Sequence record: SRR22947727_495
DNA length: 64,000 bases
Strand: one strand, 5' to 3'
The position numbers and the translations under genes are program-made. Within the stretch, counting starts at the first letter, position 1. Every line of letters begins with the position of its first letter. Shown here in pieces: positions 10,447 through 20,787 of the stretch. The notes beneath the pieces are model-generated. The model did not search any database and was not told the origin of the DNA. It saw only the letters and a program-made list of their open reading frames with translations.

Positions 10447-11232
10447 ATGAAACTGAAAAATCCCTTTCGCCGTGACGTCAATACCGTCTGTGTTGTGCGT
10501 TTGAACGGTATGATCTCCACGGGCCGCGGTCTTAATGATGCCGGTCTGGCCCCCGTGCTGCAAAAAGCTTTTGCAAAGAAACCTGCCGCAGTGGCTTTGT
10601 CGATCAATTCACCAGGCGGCAGCCCGGTGCAATCGTCGTTGATTGGCGCGCGCATCCGGCGATTAGCCCAAGAGTTTGAAACGCCGGTCTATGCTTTTGT
10701 GGAAGATGTGGCCGCCTCGGGTGGCTATTGGCTGGCGGCCAGTGCCGATGAAATTTATATCGATGCCTCTTCCGTGGTTGGGTCCATCGGCGTGATTTCG
10801 TCCGGATTTGGCTTGAACCAATTTATCGAAAGACATGGGATTGAACGCCGTGTCCATACGGCGGGCAGCTCGAAATCCATGCTCGATCCCTTCCAACCGC
10901 AGAAAAAAGCGGATGTGACCCGGTTGAAATCCATACTTGATGGGGTCCATCAGACCTTTAAAGATCATATTATTGACCGGCGTGGCGCAAAATTGGTGGA
11001 GCGTGATGTGTTTACCGGTGAGATATGGGTCGGACAAAAGGCAATTGATGATGGTCTTGCCGATGCCATTGGTCACCTGGTGCCGACGATGAAGGAAAAA
11101 TTTGGTGAAAAAATCCGCTTTCGGGTTTTGGGTCAAAAGAAACCTCTGCTGTCCCGATTTGGCATGTCTCTTTTGAGCGATGTCACCCATAGCATTGAGG
11201 AACGCGCCGCCTTTGCCCGTTTTGGGATGTAG
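10447..11232 (+). CDS. S49 family peptidase (SppA/SohB-like)
   Basis: INSPGGS, AASGGY, GSIGV; start moved to ATG 10447. Confidence 0.92.
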   Translation: MKLKNPFRRDVNTVCVVRLNGMISTGRGLNDAGLAPVLQKAFAKKPAAVALSINSPGGSPVQSSLIGARIRRLAQEFETPVYAFVEDVAASGGYWLAASADEIYIDASSVVGSIGVISSGFGLNQFIERHGIERRVHTAGSSKSMLDPFQPQKKADVTRLKSILDGVHQTFKDHIIDRRGAKLVERDVFTGEIWVGQKAIDDGLADAIGHLVPTMKEKFGEKIRFRVLGQKKPLLSRFGMSLLSDVTHSIEERAAFARFGM

Positions 11233-11235
11233 GGA

Positions 11236-11412
11236 ATGTTGGTTAAAGCTGTCACCTTCTTTTTGATCGCCATTGCCATTTTGGCGATGTTTGGGCGCTT
11301 GCGGTTTCCCGGACAAACGCGATTGAAGAACGCAAAATGCGGCAAATGTGGGCGTTATTCTATTGGAAAAGGCCCCTGTTCCTGTGGCCATATTGGTCAT
11401 CGCAAAGGATAG
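11236..11412 (+). CDS. Small membrane protein with Cys-rich tail (58 aa; absent from the ORF track)
   Basis: MLVKAVTFFLIAIAILAMFGRLRFPGQTRLKNAKCGKCGRYSIGKGPCSCGHIGHRKG; fills the gap between two co-oriented genes. Confidence 0.8.
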   Translation: MLVKAVTFFLIAIAILAMFGRLRFPGQTRLKNAKCGKCGRYSIGKGPCSCGHIGHRKG

Positions 11413-11415
11413 AAA

Positions 11416-12375
11416 TTGGCTTGGATTTTTGTGGCTTTGGGTCTGGTCACCCTCTTGTTGGCTGGAGATTTTTTGGTGCGCGGCGCTGTCAATTTGGCGC
11501 TGCGTCTTGGGATCTCTGCACTGCTGGTGAGTTTGACCGTGGTGGCGTTTGGGACTTCAGCGCCTGAGCTCTTGATTGTTTTGTCTGCTATGGCCGATGG
11601 CGCATCGGGCTTGGCGATGGGCAATGTGATCGGCTCGAATACCGCAAATATTTTGCTGGTTTTGGGCCTGCCGGCTCTGATCGCCGGGCTGCATACAGCC
11701 GATTTTTTCCCGAAGAAATCATTTTTGCTGATGATCCTGGCCACGGTTTTGTTCATCGGACTGGCCTTCTTTGGGCCGTTTACATGGTGGCATGGCGGCA
11801 TTTTATTGGCGGTTTTGTTGAGCATTCTATGGGACCAGGGACGCAGCGAGCAGCGAGACAGACAAGCGGCGAAAACCGCAGCGCTGGTGGCCGTTGAGGA
11901 GGACGGGCTCGAGGGCGTGGATCCCACAATGCCGGGATGGAAAATTGCGCTGTATTTGATGTTTGGCCTTGTGGGGCTTCCCATTGGTGCGCGGGTTTTG
12001 GTGGTCAATGCGGAACTTATCGCCAAAGATTACGGTGTGCCAGAGACCGCCATTGGTTTGACGTTGATTGCCGTTGGAACTTCTTTGCCTGAGCTGGCCA
12101 CGACCACAATTGCGGCGTTTCGGCGGCAAGGCGATGTGGCTTTGGGGAATGTCATCGGGTCAAATATGTTTAATTTGCTGGCAATCATCGGGATTGCAGC
12201 TTTTGTTGCGCCGATCCCGGTCGATGCGGCCTTCCTACGGTTTGACCTTTGGATCATGCTTGCCGCGTCACTTCTGTTGTTCCCCATGGTGTTTTTCAAG
12301 ATAAATTTCACGCGGATGTGGGGCGCGGGCTTGACGCTGCTGTATATGGCATATCTCTTTGTGGTACTGCTCTGA
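11416..12375 (+). CDS. Calcium/sodium antiporter (YrbG/CaCA family)
   Basis: Two alpha repeats: GTSAPEL...GNVIGSN and GTSLPEL...GNVIGSN. Confidence 0.93.
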   Translation: MAWIFVALGLVTLLLAGDFLVRGAVNLALRLGISALLVSLTVVAFGTSAPELLIVLSAMADGASGLAMGNVIGSNTANILLVLGLPALIAGLHTADFFPKKSFLLMILATVLFIGLAFFGPFTWWHGGILLAVLLSILWDQGRSEQRDRQAAKTAALVAVEEDGLEGVDPTMPGWKIALYLMFGLVGLPIGARVLVVNAELIAKDYGVPETAIGLTLIAVGTSLPELATTTIAAFRRQGDVALGNVIGSNMFNLLAIIGIAAFVAPIPVDAAFLRFDLWIMLAASLLLFPMVFFKINFTRMWGAGLTLLYMAYLFVVLL

Positions 12376-12386
12376 GGAGGGATCAC

Positions 12387-13163
12387 ATGCGTGCATTGGT
12401 AACTGGTGGGGCCATTCGGTTGGGCCGCGAAATGGCCTTGTATCTGGCGGAGCAAGGCTATGACGTGGCTGTCCATTACGCGCAATCTGACGCGGCGGCC
12501 TTGCAGACCTGTGCGCAGATCACAGCATTGGGACGTAAGTCTGTTGCACTACAGGCCGATTTATTGAGCGATGCCGGCTCACAGCCCTTGGTTGCGCGCG
12601 CCGCGGAGGCGCTTGGCGGTCCGCTGACTGTCTTGGTCAATAATGCTTCGATTTTTGAGCATGACACGCTTGAGACCGCGACCCGGTCCAGTTGGGACCG
12701 GCATATTGAAAGCAATCTGCGCGCGCCCTTTGTGCTGACGCAGGAATTTGCCAAGCAAGTGCCGCAGGCGCAAGAGGATGCGGCCGGTGAGCCGATCGCC
12801 TCGGGGCTAGTGATCAATATGCTCGATCAAAGAGTGCGCAAACTGACGCCAGATTTTGCCAGCTATACGGTGGCAAAAATGGGTCTTTGGGCCTTAACCC
12901 AAACTGCGGCAAGAGGGCTGGCGCCGCATGTGCGTGTAAATGCAATTGGACCTGGCCCCACGATGCAAGGGGTGCGGCAATCGGATCAACACTTTACACG
13001 GCAACGTGCGGCCACGGTTTTAGGGCGTGGCTCGAATCCCAACGATATTACCGCCGCTTTGGGGTATTTTTTGAACGCGCCGGCGGTTTCTGGACAGTTG
13101 CTTTGCGTAGATGGTGGGCAGCATTTGGCCTGGCAAACGCCGGATGTTTTGGGCCTTGATTGA
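12387..13163 (+). CDS. Short-chain dehydrogenase/reductase (pteridine reductase-like)
   Basis: GAGGAGG RBS then ATG 12387; TGGAIRLG, NNAS, YTVAK. Confidence 0.88.
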   Translation: MRALVTGGAIRLGREMALYLAEQGYDVAVHYAQSDAAALQTCAQITALGRKSVALQADLLSDAGSQPLVARAAEALGGPLTVLVNNASIFEHDTLETATRSSWDRHIESNLRAPFVLTQEFAKQVPQAQEDAAGEPIASGLVINMLDQRVRKLTPDFASYTVAKMGLWALTQTAARGLAPHVRVNAIGPGPTMQGVRQSDQHFTRQRAATVLGRGSNPNDITAALGYFLNAPAVSGQLLCVDGGQHLAWQTPDVLGLD

Positions 13164-13366
13164 GAAATTATGAGTAAAGTTGTGCACTTTTGATCCGTGT
13201 GATGGCCGGAAATTGGAAAAAGTAAATAATTACAAAAACTTGCCAAATATACTAATTTTTTTCATTTAATTACAAGCCATTATTTATGTGCGTGGAAATT
13301 GTGCAGTTTCGGGATTCACCTTCGAAACATGGGTTTCACGCACTGATTTCCAATTTACCCTCAGAC

Positions 13367-13389
13367 TTATCCACAGAAAATGTGGATGG
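13367..13389. promoter_or_regulatory. Oppositely oriented DnaA box pair upstream of uvrC
   Basis: Perfect TTATCCACA at 13367-13375; inverted TGTGGATGG (7/9) at 13381-13389. Confidence 0.6.
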
Positions 13390-13456
13390 GTTATTTCTTG
13401 CAGCCAGCGTTATTTCGATGCAGCCGCTTCGCGAATCGCATAGAGCTAAAGTCGTA

Positions 13457-15313
13457 ATGACAGATGATACACCGCCTTTGACGGGCCACGATCTGATTGC
13501 TGATTATTTGACCCGCCTAGATGGCTCGCCGGGCGTCTATCGCATGCTCGATCGAGAGAGCCGCGTGCTTTATGTTGGCAAGGCTAAAAGCCTCAAAAAT
13601 CGCGTGTCGAGTTATGCCAGACCGCAGGGACATTCGGCCCGCATCAGCCGCATGATCAGCGAAACCACCAGTATGATGTTTTTGACCACCAAGACCGAAA
13701 CCGAAGCGCTCTTGTTGGAACAAAATTTGATCAAACAGCTTAAGCCAAAATATAATGTGCTTTTGCGAGATGATAAATCTTTTCCAAATATTTTGGTCAG
13801 CCGGGAACATGGGTTTCCACAAATCAAAAAACATCGCGGGGCGAAAACGGAGAAAGGTACTTATTACGGCCCTTTCGCCAGCGCGGGCGCGGTCAACCGG
13901 ACGCTGAATCAATTGCAGCGTTTCTTTTTGCTGCGCGATTGTTCTGACAGCCAGTTTGACACACGCACGCGGCCCTGTTTGCAATATCAAATCAAGCGTT
14001 GCTGTGCGCCCTGCGTTGGTTATGTCACCGCAGAGGACTATGCGGTTTTGGTCAGAGATGCGGAGCGATTTTTAGGCGGAAAATCCACGCATATTCAGGC
14101 AGAGCTTGCCCAAGAAATGCAGACCGCCTCTGAGAATATGGAATTTGAACGGGCCGCCGCCCTGCGCGACCGCATCAAAGCGATGACCCAAGTGCAAACA
14201 GCGCAAGGGATCAATCCGCAGAGCGTGCCAGAGGCGGATGTGATTGCGGTGCATATGGAGGGCGGGCAGGCCTGCGTTCAGGTCTTCTTTATTCGGGGCA
14301 ATCAAAACTGGGGCAATCGCGATTACTATCCAAGGGTTGGGGGCGATGTCTCGATCACTGAGGTGATGCAGGCCTTTGTGGGGCAATTTTATTCGGATCG
14401 TGAGCCGCCGCGTGTGATCTTACTGTCTGATGCAATTGAAGATCCTGAATTGATGGCCGAGGCGCTGAGTGGAAAACTGGGCCGAAGGGTTCAGATTTCC
14501 GTGCCGCAGCGCGGGGAAAAACTGGATCTGGTGGCAGGTGCGCAGCGTAACGCTCGTGAGAGCTTGGCGCGGCGCATGTCGGAGAAAGCCTCGCAGATGA
14601 AGTTGCTCCAAGGATTGGCAGAGGCATTTGAGCTGCCTGAGGTGCCGCGCCGCATTGAGGTCTATGACAACAGCCACATCCAAGGTGCCCACGCGGTTGG
14701 GGCGATGATTGTGGCGGGTGCGGAAGGTCTGCTCAAGTCACAGTACCGAAAATTTAATATCAAGGGTGATGATCTCACGCCTGGTGATGATTTTGGCATG
14801 ATGAAAGAAGTTCTCGGCCGCCGCTTCAAACGGCTTTTGAAAGAAGATCCCGAGCGCAAATCTGAGGCTTGGCCGGATTTGCTGTTGATCGACGGCGGGG
14901 CGGGACAAGTGAGCGCTGTGCGCGAGATCATGCGGGAGTGGGGTGTGGAAAATATCGCCATGATCGGCGTGGCCAAGGGCGTTGACCGCGATGCAGGCAA
15001 GGAAGAATTCTATCGCACCGGCAAACCTGTCATGGCGCTGCGGCATAATGATCCTGTATTGTATTTCGTGCAGCGTTTGCGCGATGAGGCACACCGTTTT
15101 GCCATCGGCACACACCGCGCCAAACGCGCTAAAGCCAATTTGAAAAATCCCTTGGATGATATTGATGGCATCGGTCCCAAACGCAAAAAAGCGCTGCTGG
15201 CACATTTTGGCTCGGCTAAGGCTGTCATGCGGGCCAATTTGGTGGATCTCAAAGCTGTTGATGGGGTGTCAGATGCGATGGCGGAGCAGATCTTTAACCA
15301 TTTCCAACCCTAG
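13457..15313 (+). CDS. uvrC: Excinuclease ABC subunit C
   Basis: GIY-YIG (PGVYRM, YVGKAK), UVR domain [23 protein letters not shown], HhH GIGPKR; start ATG 13457. Confidence 0.97.
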   Translation: MTDDTPPLTGHDLIADYLTRLDGSPGVYRMLDRESRVLYVGKAKSLKNRVSSYARPQGHSARISRMISETTSMMFLTTKTETEALLLEQNLIKQLKPKYNVLLRDDKSFPNILVSREHGFPQIKKHRGAKTEKGTYYGPFASAGAVNRTLNQLQRFFLLRDCSDSQFDTRTRPCLQYQIKRCCAPCVGYVTAEDYAVLVRDAERFLGGKSTHIQAELAQEMQTASENMEFERAAALRDRIKAMTQVQTAQGINPQSVPEADVIAVHMEGGQACVQVFFIRGNQNWGNRDYYPRVGGDVSITEVMQAFVGQFYSDREPPRVILLSDAIEDPELMAEALSGKLGRRVQISVPQRGEKLDLVAGAQRNARESLARRMSEKASQMKLLQGLAEAFELPEVPRRIEVYDNSHIQGAHAVGAMIVAGAEGLLKSQYRKFNIKGDDLTPGDDFGMMKEVLGRRFKRLLKEDPERKSEAWPDLLLIDGGAGQVSAVREIMREWGVENIAMIGVAKGVDRDAGKEEFYRTGKPVMALRHNDPVLYFVQRLRDEAHRFAIGTHRAKRAKANLKNPLDDIDGIGPKRKKALLAHFGSAKAVMRANLVDLKAVDGVSDAMAEQIFNHFQP

Positions 15314-15441
15314 GTTGAGGCTCCGAACGCCGTGCGCGCAATGCCTCGGACGGTTTGCGCGTGCAAAAAACTATGATGGAATGCGCAGAATCCCTTCGAT
15401 ACCACTGGCACGCAGATTCGAACCCGGTTAAGTTTCCCGGT

Positions 15442-16098
15442 ATGTGGAGTTTGCCAAATATATTGACTGTGATCCGATTGGTCGCTGCGCCTATGGTGGC
15501 TGTGATGTTTTTGTATTTCACGCGTCCCTATGCCGATTTGGCCGCGCTGGTGCTATTTGTTGGTGCGGCGCTGACCGATTGGGTTGATGGCTACCTGGCG
15601 CGTGCTTGGAAACAAGAAAGCAAGATAGGCGCCATGTTGGATCCGATTGCCGATAAGGCGATGGTTGTGATCGCACTATTGGTTTTGGCCAGCGTCTTCG
15701 GTTTGGATGCCGTGATTCTTCTGCCCGCCGCATTGATCGTGTTCCGCGAAGTTTTTGTGTCTGGTTTGCGTGAATTTTTGGGCGATGTGGCCGGTACCTT
15801 GAAGGTCACAAAACTCGCCAAGTGGAAAACCACCGTGCAGATGTTGGCGATTGCTTTGCTTTTTGCCGTGGGAATTTTTGAGCATTATCTGGTGATGGGC
15901 ATTGCGGGCATGGATGGTGAGATTGTCTCTGGAATTTTGGATGCCACACTCGAAGATCCGTCGCATTTGCGGCTGATCTACCATGGCATGTATGTCACTT
16001 GGTACAGCGGTCTGGCCTTGCTTTGGATCGCGGCTGCTTTGACGATCATCACAGGAGCTGATTATTTCCGCAAAGCCCTGCCGCATTTGCGAGATTGA
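15442..16098 (+). CDS. pgsA: CDP-diacylglycerol--glycerol-3-phosphate 3-phosphatidyltransferase
   Basis: PNILT, DWVDGYLAR, LDPIADK, KWKTTVQM; uvrC-pgsA order. Confidence 0.95.
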   Translation: MWSLPNILTVIRLVAAPMVAVMFLYFTRPYADLAALVLFVGAALTDWVDGYLARAWKQESKIGAMLDPIADKAMVVIALLVLASVFGLDAVILLPAALIVFREVFVSGLREFLGDVAGTLKVTKLAKWKTTVQMLAIALLFAVGIFEHYLVMGIAGMDGEIVSGILDATLEDPSHLRLIYHGMYVTWYSGLALLWIAAALTIITGADYFRKALPHLRD

Positions 16099-16103
16099 AC
16101 GTC

Positions 16104-16355
16104 ATGAAATTGGATATTCTCTATTTTGCCTGGGTGCGCGAACGGGTCGGCCACAGCCAAGAGACCTATGAGACTTCTGCCGCAACGGTCGCCGATCTGA
16201 TCGCCGAGCTTGTGGCGCGGGATGCCGGATATGCCGCGGCCTTTGCAGATTTATCTGCGATTTGTGTTGCGGTGGATCAAGAGCTTTGTGATTTTACCAC
16301 CCCGCTTGTTGATTGCCGCGAAGTGGCGTTCTTTCCACCCATGACGGGAGGTTGA
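16104..16355 (+). CDS. moaD: Molybdopterin synthase sulfur carrier subunit
   Basis: LYFAWVRE and C-terminal FFPPMTGG. Confidence 0.95.
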   Translation: MKLDILYFAWVRERVGHSQETYETSAATVADLIAELVARDAGYAAAFADLSAICVAVDQELCDFTTPLVDCREVAFFPPMTGG

Positions 16356-16356
16356 G

Positions 16357-16824
16357 ATGTCGGCACGGGTGCAAGAGGCCGCGTTTGACTTTGCGGCGGA
16401 AGTGACCGCGTTTCAATCGACGTTAACCCGGTCTGGGGCGGTGGTCAGCTTCACTGGTGTGGTGCGTGATGACACGGGCAGTCTCGATCATATGTTCATT
16501 GAACACTACCCTGGCATGACCCATGCTGCGCTTCAAAAATTTGCCGATCAAGCAGTTGAGAAGTTTGGATTGGAAAAAGCTTTGGTCATCCATCGCTATG
16601 GGCGGTTGCAGCCCGGTGAGGCGATCATGATGGTGGCCACAGCTGCAGCTCACCGTAAAGATGCCTTTGCGGGTGCCGATTATCTCATGGACTATCTCAA
16701 ATCTCGCGCGCCATTTTGGAAAAAAGAACTGTCTAAAGAGTCGGCCACTTGGGTGGCAGCCAAAGATCAAGATGAAGCTGCCCTGGCCGCATGGAGCTCT
16801 GAGAGCGCCGCGAAAGAGAGCTGA
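16357..16824 (+). CDS. moaE: Molybdopterin synthase catalytic subunit
   Basis: GAVVSFTGVVR, EHYPGM, MDYLKSRAPFWKKE. Confidence 0.95.
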   Translation: MSARVQEAAFDFAAEVTAFQSTLTRSGAVVSFTGVVRDDTGSLDHMFIEHYPGMTHAALQKFADQAVEKFGLEKALVIHRYGRLQPGEAIMMVATAAAHRKDAFAGADYLMDYLKSRAPFWKKELSKESATWVAAKDQDEAALAAWSSESAAKES

Positions 16825-16833
16825 GCGCGGGGG

Positions 16834-17163
16834 CTATCCGCCAGAGTTTTGCCGTTCAATATAACTGCGCAATTCCTCGGCTTCCGTCCTTGCGACACGC
16901 AGACCTTCCATTGCCGCGCCGAGCTCCGCTTCGGTTTGTGACAATTTATTGCTCATTTCGGCTTCACGCTGCTCCATATAGGCGATGGCCTTGTCGCGCA
17001 TGTCTTCGGCCTCATGCACCGATTGGGCCAATTTATCCAATTCGCCAATATCGGATTGGCTGACGCGGCTAAAGCGATGAACCAGCCAATTCGCGAACCA
17101 TCCCAAGCAAAATGCTACAAAGAGGATGATTGCGATTGTGACGATAAACTCGGTTCTATTCAT
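16834..17163 (-). CDS. Membrane-anchored coiled-coil hypothetical protein
   Basis: Start MNRTEF at 17163; one TM helix then a charged helical region; overlaps the end of the OmpA gene. Confidence 0.8.
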   Translation of the reverse strand: MNRTEFIVTIAIILFVAFCLGWFANWLVHRFSRVSQSDIGELDKLAQSVHEAEDMRDKAIAYMEQREAEMSNKLSQTEAELGAAMEGLRVARTEAEELRSYIERQNSGG

Positions 17164-19045
17164 TGCTGGTCTCCTCAGCGGTGGCCGTATCGGATGTTTC
17201 GGACTGCGTTTCTGGCGCCTCAAGAGTGGCAGGCGTCACAAGGCGAAACTCAATGCGCCGGTTGGCTTCTCGGCCCTCTTCGGTACCGTTATCGGCGATG
17301 GGTTGGGTTTCCCCATAGCCTTCTGCTGTTAAGGACTTGAGTTTGACACGGGCGCCACGCAAAGCCGTGAGCACGGCCTCCGCGCGGCCCTTGCTGAGGT
17401 TGAGGTTCATTTCCTCACGCCCTTGGCTGTCGGTATGGCCGCCGATCTCAATGGGAGCTTCGAGGCAACGCTCAAACACCTCTGCAATGGCTTGCACCGT
17501 GTCGCGGCTGTCGCCGTCAAGGGTGGCAGAGCCTGGCTCGAATTTGATTTTATTTTGACTGGCCAAGTCGGTGATTTCGGCCACACATTCCGCACCGTTC
17601 AACATCCGGGCCAGAGGGTCCAGCTCTTCTAGGTAGGTCACCTCGAGCTCAAACTCCGCCCCATCGCCGAGGCGATCAATTAAAATTTGCGCAATATCGG
17701 TTTTTGCCGAGCGGCGGCCTGTCAACCCAGTGATGTCAATGGCATTGGGAGAGACTGTGGCAATACCAGAGTTGAGTTTGCTGAGACCCGCCAAACTTGC
17801 CAAGCTGCGCACCATCCAACCTTCGGGCAGATTGTCTTGCAGCTTGGTTGATAGGTAAACATCCTCACTTCCAAAAACCGCATAGGCAAAGGTCTGCAGA
17901 GTCCGTTGCGCGCGGGGGCTGATGACGGGCCCGCGAATTTGTACCTGGCCCTCGGGTGAGAGGGTGGCGACCATTTCCGGGATGGCCGCGTCATCTTCTG
18001 GGGTTTCAGGGGCGACCAATAGGATGGGATTGAGCGCAAAGACCTCTGGCAAATCGCCGTCCAGCCGGCTGGCGATCGTGTCAAACAGGGCTGGATCAGT
18101 TCCGGCGGGGGCAGTGAGCGTTACATCGGCATCGCTCAGGGTTACAGATCCGCTGCCCAGTTTGGCAAGGGCCGCAATGGCCTGTGTTGCCGCCTTGCTC
18201 CACAAGGGGGACGGCACACCAAGACCCTGCCGGCAGATGGCCTCTTCGGCCAGGCCCGCCGCCTTTGCCGCGGCCAGAATCTGCACGGCGGCTTCCGGGC
18301 TGTCTGCACTGCAGGCGTCGAAGGAGGCGCCATCGGCGGTGATGCGAAACCGTAATGTGAAGGGGGTGATCACAGGGCGCGGTGCACTGATGCCAATCTT
18401 TGAGGTGATATCGGCAGGGGTGCGGCGGGTCAGCTCCTCCAAAAGCTTGGATTTTTGCGCGTCGGACTCGCCAATGGCTTCAATTGTGACTTGTGTCTCG
18501 CCAATTGAAATCTTCGAGTGTTCCAATCGCTCCAAAGCCAAAAGACCATAGGATATAACCGAGGACCAGGCGTCCGGCACCGGATAATCTGCGGTTTCGA
18601 GAAAATCGGCTACGGGTAAATCGCCGGCTATGCGGGCGACTCGGTCTTTGAAATTGGCATTGTCAGCTTTGGTGGGAACCAATCCGATCAGAGAAATACT
18701 TTTGTCATTGCGCAATATTTCGACGGAAAACTTGGGCGCTACGGGTGGGCGGCTGTCGGTGATGGTGAAATTATCAATCACCCGCGCGGCCTCAACGATC
18801 TGCCCCGCCGCGGCCAAGGCCTTAAAACGCAGGGCCTCAGAGGCGGCTTCACCTTCCAAAACGACCTTCAACCCATCGGTTTGTACGCTGGCCCAGCCAA
18901 AGCCTTCCAAGGCCAGGCGTTTCTCGACGGCCGTGGCCGAGCTATTTTCAATCCAAGACACAGTGAGGCCCGCGGCAAAATATGCCCCAACGCCTGCAGC
19001 TGCGAAGGCAAGTGCCGATAAAATCACTGGAATAATGCGCATCAA
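17156..19045 (-). CDS. OmpA-family peptidoglycan-binding protein with repeated BON-like domains
   Basis: N-terminal TM; C-terminal IGGHTDSQG, NLNLSKGRA, GYGE, NRRIEF. Confidence 0.88.
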   Translation of the reverse strand: MMRIIPVILSALAFAAAGVGAYFAAGLTVSWIENSSATAVEKRLALEGFGWASVQTDGLKVVLEGEAASEALRFKALAAAGQIVEAARVIDNFTITDSRPPVAPKFSVEILRNDKSISLIGLVPTKADNANFKDRVARIAGDLPVADFLETADYPVPDAWSSVISYGLLALERLEHSKISIGETQVTIEAIGESDAQKSKLLEELTRRTPADITSKIGISAPRPVITPFTLRFRITADGASFDACSADSPEAAVQILAAAKAAGLAEEAICRQGLGVPSPLWSKAATQAIAALAKLGSGSVTLSDADVTLTAPAGTDPALFDTIASRLDGDLPEVFALNPILLVAPETPEDDAAIPEMVATLSPEGQVQIRGPVISPRAQRTLQTFAYAVFGSEDVYLSTKLQDNLPEGWMVRSLASLAGLSKLNSGIATVSPNAIDITGLTGRRSAKTDIAQILIDRLGDGAEFELEVTYLEELDPLARMLNGAECVAEITDLASQNKIKFEPGSATLDGDSRDTVQAIAEVFERCLEAPIEIGGHTDSQGREEMNLNLSKGRAEAVLTALRGARVKLKSLTAEGYGETQPIADNGTEEGREANRRIEFRLVTPATLEAPETQSETSDTATAEETSNE

Positions 19046-19095
19046 TTTGTCCTACGTTCCCGAAGCCTTCTAGAACGGGACCGCCGTGGGATCAA

Positions 19096-20055
19096 TCACA
19101 GCATAACAGTGACGGCGAAAAACAGCACAGGGATCAGGCCCGCCTCCCGATTCGCGCGAAACAGCTGGAGCAGCAAGGGCACATTGTCGATATCGAGCTG
19201 ACGCATTTGCCAAAGCATATGGGCCGCAAACCCTGCTGTGCCCATTTGGGCGATGATCATTTGTGCCGGGCTGGCGGCACGGAGGGCGACATAGATTGCC
19301 AGCGCCATCAAACCAGCGCTCAGAACGGCAAAGGCGCGCAGCCATTGCGGGCTGCTGTTCCCAAACAGGCGCGCAGTAGATTTCACGCCAATCAGCGCGT
19401 CATCCTCTGTGTCTTGATGCGCATAGATCGTGTCATAAAACAGGGTCCAGGCAATGCCGGCAAGATATAGAAGCACGGCGGGCCAATCCAATCGGCCACT
19501 ATGGGCCACCCATCCCAGCAAAGCGCCCCAATTAAATGCCAGGCCGAGAAACACCTGCGGCCACCAGGTGAACCGCTTGGCAAAGGGGTAAATCGCAACA
19601 AAGCCAAGACTGGCAACGCCAATCAGAACTGCAGGCATGCCAAAGCTGATCAGAATGCAAAATGCAATGAGCGCCTGGGCCACCATCCAAAGCAGCGCGC
19701 CGCGCACCGTAACCTGCCCCGATGGAAGAGGGCGCGAGCGGGTGCGGGCGACCTGGGCATCAAATTTTCGGTCGGTGATGTCATTCCATGTGCACCCCGC
19801 GCCGCGCATTAACCAGGCGCCGGCGCCGCAGCCAACGATCAACCACAAGTCCCAGCTCTGGAAATCTCCCGCCTGGAGCGCCGCCAAAAGGATGCCCCAA
19901 ATACAGGGGATATATAGCAGCCAAGTGCCGATGGGACGGTCGGCTCGGGACAGGCGCAAATAGGGGCGGCTGGCCTCTGGCGCATGGCGATCGACCCAAT
20001 TATCTTTTACCGCATCGGCAACTTGCCCCTCTGGTGATTTGCCCGATTGCGTCAT
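19096..20055 (-). CDS. ubiA: 4-hydroxybenzoate polyprenyltransferase
   Basis: RADRPIG, NDITDRKFDAQVARTRSRP, YDTIYAHQD. Confidence 0.96.
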   Translation of the reverse strand: MTQSGKSPEGQVADAVKDNWVDRHAPEASRPYLRLSRADRPIGTWLLYIPCIWGILLAALQAGDFQSWDLWLIVGCGAGAWLMRGAGCTWNDITDRKFDAQVARTRSRPLPSGQVTVRGALLWMVAQALIAFCILISFGMPAVLIGVASLGFVAIYPFAKRFTWWPQVFLGLAFNWGALLGWVAHSGRLDWPAVLLYLAGIAWTLFYDTIYAHQDTEDDALIGVKSTARLFGNSSPQWLRAFAVLSAGLMALAIYVALRAASPAQMIIAQMGTAGFAAHMLWQMRQLDIDNVPLLLQLFRANREAGLIPVLFFAVTVML

Positions 20056-20067
20056 ATCCTATGCTCC

Positions 20068-20787
20068 ATGGCTTCAGTTATTCGACTCTATGTAAATCAC
20101 CCGCTGGGGGCGGGGCAATCGGTTCCTTTGAGCCGCGAGCAATCTCATTACCTTTTCGGTGTGATGCGCAAAGACGTGGGCGAGGTTCTTGAACTGTTCA
20201 ACGGTTGCGACGGTGAGTGGTTGGGGCGTGTGGTGCAGGCTGGCAAACGCAATGGAATCTTGCTTTGTGAACGCCAGTCCAAGCCGATGCAGCTGCCGCC
20301 TGATCTGTGGTTGATCTTCGCACCCATCAAAAAGGCGCGTACGGATTTCATCGTCGAAAAAGCCACAGAGATGGGCGCGGCGCAGATCCTGCCGGTGCAG
20401 AGTGATTTTACCAATTCTGAGCGCATTCGCCAAGATCGCTTGCAAAATCATGCCGTGGAGGCTGCCGAGCAATGCGGTGGCACCTATGTGCCTGTGGTGC
20501 ATGAGCTGCAAAAACTCTCGAAGCTGCTGGACGGGTGGGACGTGCAGCGCCAGATCATGTTTTGTGATGAAACCCGTCTTGGATCCGGTGAGGCCTTGCC
20601 ATCTCTCGCGGGTCCTTGGGCGGTTTTGATCGGACCGGAGGGGGGATTTAGCCCAGCCGAACGGCGGCGGCTCAATGAGATGCCCGAGGCGCATGGGGTG
20701 TCGCTCGGTCCCAGGATTTTGCGTGCGGATACGGCCGCAGTGGCGGCATTGACCCTGTGGCAGAGTGCTTTGGGGGATTGGCAATGA
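20068..20787 (+). CDS. rsmE: 16S rRNA m3U1498 methyltransferase
   Basis: EKATEMG, EAAEQC, IGPEGGF, LGPRILRADTA. Confidence 0.95.
   Translation: MASVIRLYVNHPLGAGQSVPLSREQSHYLFGVMRKDVGEVLELFNGCDGEWLGRVVQAGKRNGILLCERQSKPMQLPPDLWLIFAPIKKARTDFIVEKATEMGAAQILPVQSDFTNSERIRQDRLQNHAVEAAEQCGGTYVPVVHELQKLSKLLDGWDVQRQIMFCDETRLGSGEALPSLAGPWAVLIGPEGGFSPAERRRLNEMPEAHGVSLGPRILRADTAAVAALTLWQSALGDWQ

Noticed and set aside
13286-13456. N-terminal extension of uvrC in the ORF track (similar extensions at 4711, 10342, 12249, 24753, 54220 and 60936)
   Set aside because: Family similarity begins at downstream starts; the extensions cover regulatory or neighbouring-gene sequence.
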